From Candidatus Latescibacterota bacterium (GTDB lineage Bacteria; Latescibacterota; UBA2968; UBA8231), in the NCBI GenBank assembly GCA_965261395.1, contig OZ253462.1:2112001-2176000 (forward strand): a DNA stretch of 64,000 nt, in the 5' to 3' direction. The notes beneath the pieces were generated by a model. That model made no database searches. It saw only the letters and a list, made by a program, of their open reading frames with translations, and was not told where the DNA came from. Both the position numbers and the translations under genes were made by a program. Positions 1 through 9,226 of this stretch are shown here, piece by piece. The stretch's first letter is position 1. Each line of letters opens with the position of its first letter.

Positions 1-634
1 GGATGGTGATGGACCCGGCTGACCCCTGCATATACTCGACGCGGCCGAGATCAACCTGGGGCAGATCCTGCTCGGCGATACAGCCGACCCATTGTCCAGA
101 AGCATTGTACTGATCGAACAAAGGCCCGTTGTGGCTGCCGGCGACTCCGGCCAAAGGCCCTTGGTCGTCATCGACGTCGTACAGGTACGTGCCAATGGTC
201 AAGGGGCTGTAATTGGTATGCGGCCAGTATGTAATGTCCTGGTGCCACTTGACCTCCTCGCCGCCTTCGGACCACTTGAAATTCAATTTGGAATGGTGGT
301 ACTTGACGTCCGGGCCGACCAGATCGGCGGCTACGTCAGCCAACATTGACTGAGAGGCAAACTCCCAATAGACCGGGTGCTGGTCCACCGGGCTGGTAAG
401 GCGTCGCAGACGGGGGTTGTCGGCCGCGTGATCGGGCTCTAGATCGAAAACCGCGTCCGATTCAGTCAGGCCGCGACTGCGCTCGACCATTTCGTTGGTG
501 ACGGCCAACAAGCGCTCAATCCACTCCGGCCCGATGAGGTTTTCGACCAATAGGAAGCCCTTGTCGAAATAGGATTGCCGCTGCTCTGGGGTGAGGACCT
601 TGGGAGGGTGTTGCAGAATTTGTTCGGGCGTCAT
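1..634 (-). CDS. Phytanoyl-CoA dioxygenase (PhyH) family Fe(II)/2OG dioxygenase, runs off the window start
   Basis: Not in the ORF track. Manual minus-strand reading: MTPEQILQHPPKVLTPEQRQSYFDKGFLLVENL...FDLEPDHAADNPRLRRLTSPV...HHSKLNFKWSEGGEEVKWHQD...GSITIH. HxD motif; GAGGAG RBS upstream; paralogous to 46012-46887. Confidence 0.88.
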   Translation of the reverse strand, partial: MTPEQILQHPPKVLTPEQRQSYFDKGFLLVENLIGPEWIERLLAVTNEMVERSRGLTESDAVFDLEPDHAADNPRLRRLTSPVDQHPVYWEFASQSMLADVAADLVGPDVKYHHSKLNFKWSEGGEEVKWHQDITYWPHTNYSPLTIGTYLYDVDDDQGPLAGVAGSHNGPLFDQYNASGQWVGCIAEQDLPQVDLGRVEYMQGSAGSITI

Positions 635-776
635 GATCCTGTCTCCTCTGCTTTGTAGTTCGGCCAACGCATATTATGTATGCTAGCGAATTCGCGCGCA
701 CTGCTCAAGTCCGCAGGGGGAGCGGATTAAAAACACTGGTCCTAAGTACACGACACCTGACCTGAGTGCGCGTTTT

Positions 777-1301
777 ATGATGTCTCCTTATAAAGTGATC
801 CGCCTGAGCCAGCTCCCCGGTCAAGCCGTGCTCGACAGCGGGACAGTAGGCTTGCTGCCCTTTGCGCCGTTGATGCAGCCGCCAGCCGGTCAGGCCGAGG
901 CAACGTGGTTAGAGCAGTGCGTAGCCCGGGCGGCGGCCGTGCCGCTGGGTCGGGCGGTCAAGGCCGATTTTCTAGCTGGACTGGCGATCTTGAGTGGGTT
1001 GGTATATAATCCGCAGACGATCATGGCCATTGTTTCCAAGGAGCATCTCATGGACCTCATCCGCGAATCCTCGTTTGCCCAGTACCTCGCCGAAAGTGCC
1101 CGTGAGGAAGGCATTGAGCAAGGGATCCAAGAAAGCATCCAAGAAGTGTTGGCTCTGCGCTTTCAGCCGGAGGATATGCACCCGTTGGCCCGCCGCATTG
1201 GGGCCATTGACGATGTGCAGCGACTCAAGCAGTTGTTTCGGGCGGCCATACAGATGCCCAGTCTCGAAGCCTTCAGGCACCTGTTAGACGCCGACGAGTA
1301 G
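777..1301 (+). pseudogene. 5'-truncated Rpn/YhgA-like (PD-(D/E)XK nuclease family) protein, C-terminal half only
   Basis: YKVIRL...GLLPFAPLM...LAILSGLVY...MDLIRESSFAQYLAESAREEGIEQG...LALRF...IDDVQRLKQLFRAAIQMPSLEAF is typical of Rpn C-termini. No nuclease N-terminus upstream. Confidence 0.7.
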
Positions 1302-1365
1302 GCCCGCCGCGTCTACCGCTTGCGGCCTGTGGCCCCGTCGCCCGCCGTCATTCCCGCGCACGCGG

Positions 1366-1500
1366 GTAGATCAGAAAAGAGATATCGGACAAGCACAACA
1401 TCATTCATCGAGTAATCGGGCATACACATCGTCCTCTTTATTATCCCAAATCTGTTTCAGAGTTTTCTCGCTAGCTTCCGGCCAGAAAGTATCATCGTCG
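1366..1500 (-). pseudogene. Remnant of a PemK/MazF-type toxin-antitoxin pair
   Basis: Minus strand reads DDDTFWPEASEKTLKQIWDNKEDDVYARLLDE* (antitoxin-like C-terminus) overlapping MPDYSMNDVVLVRYLFSDL (start 1423, PemK-like N-terminus). Truncated at a REP-like GTCATTCCCGCGCACGCGGG sequence near 1346-1365. Confidence 0.6.
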
Positions 1501-1507
1501 GGCAACA

Positions 1508-2803
1508 ATGAGCGCAGAACACCACACCGTAATCATCGTCGGCGGTGGGCCGGCGGGCCTGCCGTTGGCTGTGGTCTTGGGCGGCTGGCATCCTTTCTTC
1601 CGCAGCAGCCGCATGTTTGCCACGCGCTACGCACCCCTCGCCAGGTACTTGCAGCAGTTCGACCGCACGCTGTTAGGGCTGGATATGCAGCATCTCGTGC
1701 AGAGCGGCATCAAGCCCGTCGATTTGTTTCGCACCTTGCACCACCCGCGCCAGCTCTTTGAGGAAATGGACCAAGTCGCCATGGACTTTCGGCGCGGCGA
1801 GCCGCTGGACGCGCTGCTCATCAGCCGCGAGCCGGTCGGCGGATTGTGGAACCGAGCGCCGCAAAACCTGCTGACCTTGTCGCCGGGTCAATGGATGGAG
1901 TTTGCCTTTTATCCGCTGGCGCAGCACGCCGCAGAAATCGGGCACTCTTTAGACGTCAACGCCCTGATCCTCAAGACCGATCTGATCGAGTACTATCACC
2001 GCGTGCCCGAGCGCTTTGGGGTGGCAGAGCGCATTCGCACCTTTGAGGAGGTCGAGCGGATTGAGCCGCACGCAAGGGGCTTTCAGCTCACCAGTCGGCA
2101 CGTGCAAACGGGCGTTGAACAGCGCTACACCTGTAAGTACTTGATCCTCGCAACCGGCCAGCGCGGTCGCCTGCGCTCCCTCGGAGTGGAGGGCGAGGAC
2201 TGGCCTTTTGTCACTTCTCACTACGACAAGCCCGCAGACTTCCCCGGCGAGCGGGTGCTCGTCGTCGGCGGCGGGCGCTCGGGCGATTGGGCCGCAACCG
2301 AATTGCACGACGCCGGCAAGCAGGTGTACTACGCCATGCGCCAAGGGCTAGCGGTCCATTGGCAGCTCATCAACGACAGCCGCCACGGGCTACCCTATTA
2401 CCATCGCATCGCCGCAATCCTCGAAAGCCGCTCGCCCCGGCTCAACACCTTGTATCACACTCACGTGACGCAGATCGCCGAGGACGGACGGGTCGAGCTG
2501 AAAACGCCCGAAGGGAACCAAGTGGTGGAGGTCGATCACGTGGTCAAGGAAATCGGCGGCACCGCCGACTATTCGATCTTACAGGGCTTTGCGCCGCTGA
2601 CCCTGACGCCGATGCGCGACAACTACCGATTCCAAATCGATCAAGTCCAAACCCACGCCCACAACTACGAGTCGATTGACGTCCCCAACTTGTACATCGG
2701 CGGCTATCTCGCGGCCGGGCTCGGCCTAGTCGTCATTGCCATGCACGGGACGACCTACGCGATTGCCGGGGATATTCTTCAGAAAGAAGGGCGGCTCTTG
2801 TAA
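1508..2803 (+). CDS. FAD/NAD(P)-dependent oxidoreductase (flavin monooxygenase-like), OSGIN-like N-terminus
   Basis: GGGPAG FAD motif, ATG motif, second dinucleotide motif VVGGGRSG, C-terminal PNLYIGG. Confidence 0.85.
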   Translation: MSAEHHTVIIVGGGPAGLPLAVVLGGWHPFFRSSRMFATRYAPLARYLQQFDRTLLGLDMQHLVQSGIKPVDLFRTLHHPRQLFEEMDQVAMDFRRGEPLDALLISREPVGGLWNRAPQNLLTLSPGQWMEFAFYPLAQHAAEIGHSLDVNALILKTDLIEYYHRVPERFGVAERIRTFEEVERIEPHARGFQLTSRHVQTGVEQRYTCKYLILATGQRGRLRSLGVEGEDWPFVTSHYDKPADFPGERVLVVGGGRSGDWAATELHDAGKQVYYAMRQGLAVHWQLINDSRHGLPYYHRIAAILESRSPRLNTLYHTHVTQIAEDGRVELKTPEGNQVVEVDHVVKEIGGTADYSILQGFAPLTLTPMRDNYRFQIDQVQTHAHNYESIDVPNLYIGGYLAAGLGLVVIAMHGTTYAIAGDILQKEGRLL

Positions 2804-2924
2804 CTTTTCCCCACCGCCAATCGTTAGTATAGGCGAAGGACGATGAGAAGCCGCTATGGGACGTTTCTGCCGGCTCTGCCAACGTGGGCGGAGACGCCTG
2901 CGCGCCCTTTTACAGGAATAGATC

Positions 2925-3382
2925 ATGCCTTGCTCCTGGATCCAAGAGCGGATCGAAGCCTATATCGACGGCGAGTTGACGCCTGTTGAGCAGGGCCGCA
3001 TCGAAGCCCATGCAGCGACTTGCGCGGCCTGCCCTCGCTCACCAGCCCCGATGCGGTCTCCCAAGCTCTCCAAGACCGCATCCATCGGACGCGACAGGAC
3101 CGCTGGCGAACCACTGCCAAGAGGTGGTACAAACCCCTTGCTGCCGCAGCCGTTCTGGCCTTGATCGCCGGCCGTCTCCTATTCGACCCAGAGCCTGTGC
3201 CACCGGCCTTTAGTCCTAAAGAAATTGCCCAAGCTCGCCGCCAAGTAGAGTGGACCCTAGCCTATTTGGGCGACCTGAACAGCCGCATGGGCACCACAGT
3301 GCGCGACGACGTGATCCAGCAGCGCTTAGTCCAGCCGCTACGCCTCAACCTAGACACTATCCTACCCGTCCAAACCATGTGA
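2925..3382 (+). pseudogene. zf-HC2 anti-sigma factor, frameshifted near 3020-3033
   Basis: Frame 1 gives CSWIQERIEAYIDGEL...HAATCAAC (HxxxCxxC). The TM helix PLAAAAVLALIAG and the C-terminus are in another frame (3020-3382). Confidence 0.8.
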
Positions 3383-3393
3383 GGAGTTTTGCC

Positions 3394-3981
3394 ATGTTCT
3401 CTTTTTACGCTCTGCTTCTCTTTGCCGTCGCCGTTGGTCCCACTAGCGCGTGGGCCGCCACACCGGTGGAAGAGCAACCTGGGTACATCGATTTTTCTTC
3501 CTTGGGATTATTCGATGGTCCCGAGCCGGAAACTGCTATCGAGATCTACCTGAAAGACTCACTCCTCGACTTGGTGGCTGCGGCTACCCGCTTTGAAGAC
3601 AAAGAACTAGCCGATATGCTGGAGGCCCTGTACCTCATCCGCTTCCAAGCTTACCAAAAGGCGGAGGGTCAAAACCTAGATACGTCGTACGATTACGAGC
3701 GCATCTCCGAACGGCTCAAAGCCCTCACCTTGCCCGACTGGGAGCTAGTGGTGCGGGTGCGCGAACTCGACCAGCGGGTGCAGTTCTACGTGCGCACCGA
3801 GGATGAGACCATCGTCGGGCTTTTGGTCTTGGCTGACGATCCTGACGAATTTGTCTTCATCAATATCGTCGGCCCCCTCGACCTAGCCCAAGTGGGGCGC
3901 ATTGGCCGCAAGTTCGACATAGCGCCTTTGGACAGCATTGACTTTGGGGCGGCTAGCCCTAAAGCGCCGCAGAAAGACTAG
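3394..3981 (+). CDS. Exported DUF4252-like protein
   Basis: GAGGAG RBS then signal peptide MFSFYALLLFAVAVGPTSAWA. WELVVRVRE...GLLVL...EFVFINIVGPLDL pattern. Confidence 0.75.
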   Translation: MFSFYALLLFAVAVGPTSAWAATPVEEQPGYIDFSSLGLFDGPEPETAIEIYLKDSLLDLVAAATRFEDKELADMLEALYLIRFQAYQKAEGQNLDTSYDYERISERLKALTLPDWELVVRVRELDQRVQFYVRTEDETIVGLLVLADDPDEFVFINIVGPLDLAQVGRIGRKFDIAPLDSIDFGAASPKAPQKD

Positions 3982-3983
3982 CT

Positions 3984-5609
3984 ATGACCAAATTGGCCTT
4001 GTATGCGGCCATCGCGCTGGGTATGACCGGTTGCTTCCGCGCTGCGGACTTAGGCCAGTTGCGCCGGGAAATAGAATGGGAACTCCCCGAGGTCCAATAC
4101 GAGCGGCAAATTGAAATGAGCTTTGGCCCCATGAGCGTGGGCTTTGCTCGCTTGGTCACCTTTTTCGTGCCCCCTAGCTGGCGGGTGCGCGGTATGCTGA
4201 GCGAAATCCACGCGGTCAAAGTGGGCGTGTACACGGCCCGCCACACTCCTTTCCGGCAGGATTTGAGGATACCGCCCCGGATCCAAGAATTGTTGACGCG
4301 CAAAAATTGGGAAGTGGTCCTCAAAGTACGCGAAGGCCGAGAAGTGGCTTGGTTGCTCTACCGCATCCGCGGTCAGACAGTAGATCAAATGCACCTCATC
4401 GTCCTCAGCGACGAAGACCTAATTTTGGTCCGTTTTGAGGGTCGCTTGGAGCGCTTGCTCGCCCGGGCTCTGCAATATCCCCGCGACTTAGGCACCGGAC
4501 GTTTCGCCGGCTGGCAGGGCCCCCGCGACTTAGAGACCAGCCATTTCGCCGACTGGCAGGGCCAGTGGGACCGAGGCCACAGGGAATTGCTGGAATGGCA
4601 GCCAGAAGGCTTGGTCGCCCAGTACAACAAAGTTGACGGCCTCTATCTAGGCTGGCGTCCCCGGATTCTCTTCAACGACTTTTCCCGCTTGGTGCAATAC
4701 GGCGAGTTGGGTCGGGGCTTGGGCAGCGACTACTGGCATTACCAGTTGGGAGCTGAGTGGCTGGCGGTGGGGCGGAACTGGGGGGCGTACGCGGCGCGTT
4801 TAGGTGCTGAGTTACACGATCTGACCGATACCCAAGATCACTGGCTATTGTCGGCCGAGGAAAATTCGCTGGATGCGGTGCTGTTCCGGCGCGATTTCCG
4901 CGATTACTATCGCCGCACGGGCTTCAGCGCATATGCGGTGCAGGGTCTAGGCACTGACCTGAGCTTGACCGTCCGCTATACCCAAGACGATTTCTCTTCC
5001 CTAGCAAACAGCGTCCAATGGGCCTTGTTCGGCCGCTTGGGCCCGGACAGCTTCCGCCCCAATCCAGCCATTGACGAGGAGCGCTACAAAAGCCTGCGGG
5101 CCGAACTGCGCTGGGACAGCCGCGATAGCCGCCACAGCCCCCGGCGCGGCTGGTTTGTCAATGGCTTTGGCGAGCGGGCCGGAGGAACTTGGGGCGGGGA
5201 CCGCGACTTTGCGCGCTATGTCCTCGATGTGCGGCGCTACCAGCCCGTCAGCCAATACAGCCGCCTCGACCTGCGTCTGCGTCTAGGACGGGCCACCGGA
5301 TCAGTACCGCGGCAGTACCACTTTGACTTGGGCGGTTTTTCTTCTTTGCGCGGCTATGGTTTCAAGGAGTTCAGCGGCGATAGAATGGCACTGTTCAACG
5401 CCGAGCACTGGCTGCAAGGGGGGCGGGTAAATGTGGGCTTTTTCGCCGATGCTGGTTCGGCTTGGCTGGCGGACGAGGCCGATTTCGATCTGCAAGTTAG
5501 CGGTGGCCTAGGGCTGCACAGGGATAATTTCCGCCTCTACATTGCCCGCCCTGTCTCCAACCAGACGCGCGACCTCGATCTGTCTCTGCGCTTCAGCCGG
5601 ACGTTTTGA
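3984..5609 (+). CDS. Lipoprotein with DUF4252-like N-domain fused to a BamA/TamA (Omp85) beta-barrel domain
   Basis: Lipobox MTGC; WEVVLKVRE...LILVRFEGRL; LGGFSSLRGYGFKEFSG (Omp85 RGY loop); terminal Phe. Confidence 0.75.
   Translation: MTKLALYAAIALGMTGCFRAADLGQLRREIEWELPEVQYERQIEMSFGPMSVGFARLVTFFVPPSWRVRGMLSEIHAVKVGVYTARHTPFRQDLRIPPRIQELLTRKNWEVVLKVREGREVAWLLYRIRGQTVDQMHLIVLSDEDLILVRFEGRLERLLARALQYPRDLGTGRFAGWQGPRDLETSHFADWQGQWDRGHRELLEWQPEGLVAQYNKVDGLYLGWRPRILFNDFSRLVQYGELGRGLGSDYWHYQLGAEWLAVGRNWGAYAARLGAELHDLTDTQDHWLLSAEENSLDAVLFRRDFRDYYRRTGFSAYAVQGLGTDLSLTVRYTQDDFSSLANSVQWALFGRLGPDSFRPNPAIDEERYKSLRAELRWDSRDSRHSPRRGWFVNGFGERAGGTWGGDRDFARYVLDVRRYQPVSQYSRLDLRLRLGRATGSVPRQYHFDLGGFSSLRGYGFKEFSGDRMALFNAEHWLQGGRVNVGFFADAGSAWLADEADFDLQVSGGLGLHRDNFRLYIARPVSNQTRDLDLSLRFSRTF
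4479..4562 (+). repeat. 42-bp in-frame tandem duplication at the domain junction
   Basis: PRDLGTGRFAGWQG / PRDLETSHFADWQG. Confidence 0.9.
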
Positions 5610-5648
5610 AATCGGGCAGTGTCAGCGGCCTCCTAGGGGCACCTACTC

Positions 5649-5850
5649 CCGCCTTCTGCATCGGCCGTACGGCTTGGTGTGCCCTCAACGGCCCTCAAAT
5701 CCCGGATACTGATACGGGCGGACAAAAAACAAAACCGTACTGCGAGCCCTGTCGAAGGACCTGCAAACGACCATCAGGGAGTTTTATCCGGCTCTTTGGG
5801 TGTTCAGCGACTTGAGAGAAGACTCAAAAGGTGCCTAATTTTTCCTATAC
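5649..5850 (+). mobile_element. IS91/ISCR-type oriIS end remnant, copy 1
   Basis: About 200 bp homologous to 8487-8701. Ends GTGCCTAATTTTTCCTATAC, resembling the ISCR oriIS terminus (...TTCCTATAC). Confidence 0.7.
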
Positions 5851-5953
5851 TTATTCGGATAAGGTAGCGACCCATGATATGCGTCAGGGATGGGATGGGC
5901 TAGTTATTGCGCGTGAACGAAACCAAACAGCGTAGGTTGTAGGAGAAGATTCG

Positions 5954-6817
5954 GTGAACCGGGACGAATTTAAAAAGGAAATAGAAAAGCTCAGTGGCGG
6001 TTTCAAGGTAGACGCTACCAAGATGGAGAAGTGGTTCGAAGGCACGCTAGGGATGTTGGACGCACTGGGAAAACAGAAGGGAGCCATTGGTCATCCAGGT
6101 CACCGGGGTTCGTCACGAGAGGAGCTACTGCTTGACCTATTAGGCAAGATGCTGCCAAGCGGATTGGCAGCGGTTAAGGGCTTCGCACTCACTGCCCTGA
6201 TGGCTGCCAGTAAGGAACAAGATATCTTGATTGTCGACAGGAATGTCGCGGGATCAATCCTGCCCGGAGAGAGCCTTTACTTCCCTATCGAGTCCTGTCT
6301 GGCTTCGATACAAGTAAAGTCGCAACTGACCAGGGCGACAATCAGGGATGCCGCGGTTAACTGCGTGAGTCTAAAGCATCTCGGGATGTTCGATGATGAA
6401 GCGCCATGGAACAGCAAGAACCACGGGATGTGTTTTGGCGTATTCGCCTATGGGACTGACTACGAACTTGCGAAGCTAGCTGAAGTTGTGAACGAGGAGT
6501 TGGAATCTGTGGAGCGGGATCTTTGGCCCAACCTTTTCTACGTACTTGGGGAAGGCATGCTTATCCCGGCGGACGATCAAGCGCGGATTTCGATGGACAA
6601 CGAGACGATGTTCACCGGACCGAAGTTCTGTACGGTCGCTGATATGGGACTCGTGCCGACGCTTGGGAAATCGTCGGCATATCCATTCCTATGGTTTCTA
6701 ACGAACATAATCGATCACTGCATCGAACAGAGAAAGGTGCGCGAGAGCCCCCTCTACAAGCAATACTGGTTGATGCTGTTCAAGATTCATGCAGCGATAA
6801 GGGAAAAGGAGGGGTAA
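5954..6817 (+). CDS. DUF6602-like restriction-endonuclease-fold protein
   Basis: GSSREELL..LL..MLP....GF...SKEQDILIVD...FPIESCLASIQVKS (E..D..Q/ExK arrangement). Confidence 0.7.
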   Translation: MNRDEFKKEIEKLSGGFKVDATKMEKWFEGTLGMLDALGKQKGAIGHPGHRGSSREELLLDLLGKMLPSGLAAVKGFALTALMAASKEQDILIVDRNVAGSILPGESLYFPIESCLASIQVKSQLTRATIRDAAVNCVSLKHLGMFDDEAPWNSKNHGMCFGVFAYGTDYELAKLAEVVNEELESVERDLWPNLFYVLGEGMLIPADDQARISMDNETMFTGPKFCTVADMGLVPTLGKSSAYPFLWFLTNIIDHCIEQRKVRESPLYKQYWLMLFKIHAAIREKEG

Positions 6818-6914
6818 AAGCCGGAAGAAGGGCAATAGCGCTGTTCTCGCGATTAGCGGCGACGTGAGGTGGAATTGGGGACACGGGCGGGTGCTCAAAT
6901 TATTCCGTTGGTTG

Positions 6915-7209
6915 AGGTTCGGTTCCCGCCAAAACCGCTTCTGGAGTCGTGCCAACAAGATTGCGATAAATCTCCGGATCGGTCGCCCCCTCAGTTGCAA
7001 TGACGACGATGCGGCTGTTGCAATCGAGGCCAAGTTGCTGTCCCAGATTTTCGTCCCGGGTCGTTGCCAGAAATCCCGCCCACGCTGCAATCCCCGTTTC
7101 ACCAATCGCGATTGGGGGATCTCCACCGACACCGGTCGCCGCTTGTCGCATGGCATCAACAGCCGCTTCGTCAGGGATCGTAAGAAAGGCGAAAGCACCA
7201 GCCCGTAGA
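6915..7209 (-). pseudogene. Diverged duplicate of the 3' ~295 bp of the ammonia-lyase gene at 12373-13602
   Basis: MRQAATGVGGDPPIAIGETGIAAWAG...ATEGATDPE closely matches 12378-12675. Confidence 0.92.
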
Positions 7210-7294
7210 ATTTATGAAAAAATGGGCCATATACAGGAAGTCCTCAAGACATTTTTCCCTAGTGTTACGACGCTATAGAATATGAAAAGAGGGA

Positions 7295-7867
7295 ATGATT
7301 ATGACCGACGCTCAGCAACTCTCGGTAGAGGAAGAATTTCGCAAACAGGGTTATTCCAAAGAGTCCCTAAAGATGTTGGAGTCCGAAGAAGGACAGCTTA
7401 ACGCTGTTTACTCCCTTTATGGCTCGGCGGCGTCCCAAGGACAGTTTCTTGAAGATGCTGTGCGAAGGCTGCTCACGGAGGTTCCCGGAGGCTCCCCGCC
7501 GTCGGATAGGGTAGGATTGAAAAGACTCATTGATGAGTTAGGCAAACGGATAACAGTGGATGACGAGCGGGTCTGGGAGTCGTTTCATACGGCTCGCGAA
7601 GTGAGGAACTACCTGATTCATAATTACTTCAGAGATAAAGAACATAAGTTTCAAACAGAAGAAGGTCGGATGGAGATGTTGATGGAGTTAGTGCTAATCG
7701 AAACTCCTATCAGGAGAGCAAAAGAATTGATCAATGGGATGCGCTTTAGGATTGATGAAGCATTAAAGAACAGACAGGGATTGGGTGAAGGCATCTCCAT
7801 TTCACTTTCCAAAGAGGTTGAAAAAAGCCACTTGCCCCCTTACCCTCTGGCCAGACAACGAAGGTAA
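7295..7867 (+). CDS. Helical hypothetical protein with HEPN-like RxxxxH motif
   Basis: QFLEDAV...LKRLIDEL...AREVRNYLIHNYF; GAGGGA RBS. Confidence 0.55.
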   Translation: MIMTDAQQLSVEEEFRKQGYSKESLKMLESEEGQLNAVYSLYGSAASQGQFLEDAVRRLLTEVPGGSPPSDRVGLKRLIDELGKRITVDDERVWESFHTAREVRNYLIHNYFRDKEHKFQTEEGRMEMLMELVLIETPIRRAKELINGMRFRIDEALKNRQGLGEGISISLSKEVEKSHLPPYPLARQRR

Positions 7868-8002
7868 TCACTGAAATACCTCTGGTAAAGTAAGACCGTT
7901 GTGCATCGTAGCCAGCCAAGGGGTTGTCCCGGTCCATCATCCTAGGCTCAGTTGTTGGTCGGATTAGAAAAGTAATCTGACATTATTCCACCGCACCACG
8001 TA

Positions 8003-8701
8003 AGATTCTGCTGCCGGATTACCCGCGGCTTTGCTTCGCGCTCAAAACGCCCTAGTCGGATGGGAGAGCTATCTCCTGCTCTCGCCCCTAGAACTCCTAG
8101 AGAAGCTGCGGCGCTGGTACTCCCGTCCCGGCTCCATCTCCTACGCTACCACGGTGTCCTAGTGCCTCGTGCCCGGGACCGTGCCCGAATCGTGCCCTCG
8201 AAACCAGTTGAGGAGCCGCCGGCTGCGGACCGCGCTTCAAGCACTCCGTCCTGCGGCCATCGGCTGAAGTGGGTGGTGGTCCTGCTCGCCCGCGTGTTTT
8301 CCTGCGACATCAGCAAATGCGCGGTCTGTGGCGGTCGCCTGAGGATCATCGCTACCCTGACCGATCCGGGCTCAATCTGACACTATCTAAACGGGATCGG
8401 GCTACCGACCCGACCACCGGCGATGGCACCGCCGAGGGGCCCGACTCAGCCGCACTTCGAGTTCGCCGCCTGACTGTCCTTCTCAACCGCCTTCTGCGCC
8501 GACCGTACGGCTTGTTTGTCCTCAACGGCCCCCTCAAATCCCGGATTGATCCTGATACGGGCGGACAGGAAACAAAATCGTACTGCCAGCCCTGCCGAAG
8601 GATCTGTAAACGACCATCAGGGAGTTTTACCCAGCCCCTGGGGTGTTGGGTGTCCAGCGACTTGACAAGAGGCCCCAAAAGGTGCCTCATTTTACCTATA
8701 C
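8003..8701 (+). mobile_element. IS91/ISCR-family remnant: degenerate transposase 3' end plus oriIS, copy 2
   Basis: LKTP*SDG...LV.PSRLHLLRYHGVL.P...LLARVFSCDISKCAVCGGRLRIIATLTDP with stops and frameshifts. Ends ...TTTTACCTATAC at 8701. Confidence 0.85.
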
Positions 8702-8729
8702 TTTCCTTGTGATCACCTGACGGCCGCAG

Positions 8730-9148
8730 TAACCTTCCTAGCTTTCGCCTTGGCAGCCTGTGGAGTCGACCCTAGTGGCGATGAAGGCAGTTCGTCCACC
8801 GAGAACCGGCTTATGCCAAATCAAACGAAGCAGCCAGTATCGGCTTGACGGTGCAAAGCCAGCCTAGCTCCTGCCCGACCTGGAATACTCCGGTCTACTT
8901 CGAGGCCGCTACGCGAACGCTTGGTGTCTGCCGACACCTATCCGAATAGTAACAACGATGATGGTGCCACTCCTTTACATCACGCGGTGGCATTTGAAAG
9001 AGATGTTGCTGTTGTTGTGGCGTTGATGGAAGTTGGAGCAAATCCGAACGCGAAGGACAAGAACGGAACAACGCCGCTGAGTATAGCAATAGCCCTTTCG
9101 GCGGACGCAGCGATAGTCAAAGAACTGCAAGATGCCGCAATAAGCTAG
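8730..9148 (+). pseudogene. Degraded ankyrin-repeat lipoprotein
   Basis: AFALAAC lipobox remnant, CPTWNTPVYFEAAT fragment, then GATPLHHA...LMEVGANPNAKDKNGTTPL (8921-9148). Confidence 0.7.
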
Positions 9149-9226
9149 GGCAAACAGATTGGTTGCCAATGACCAGCAGGAGCTAATTGCCTCGCTGATT
9201 CAAAGTCAACGAACGAGGAGAATCTA

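Noticed and set aside
92-701. ORF-track calls 92-349 and 516-701
   Set aside because: Shadows of the minus-strand PhyH gene at 1-634.
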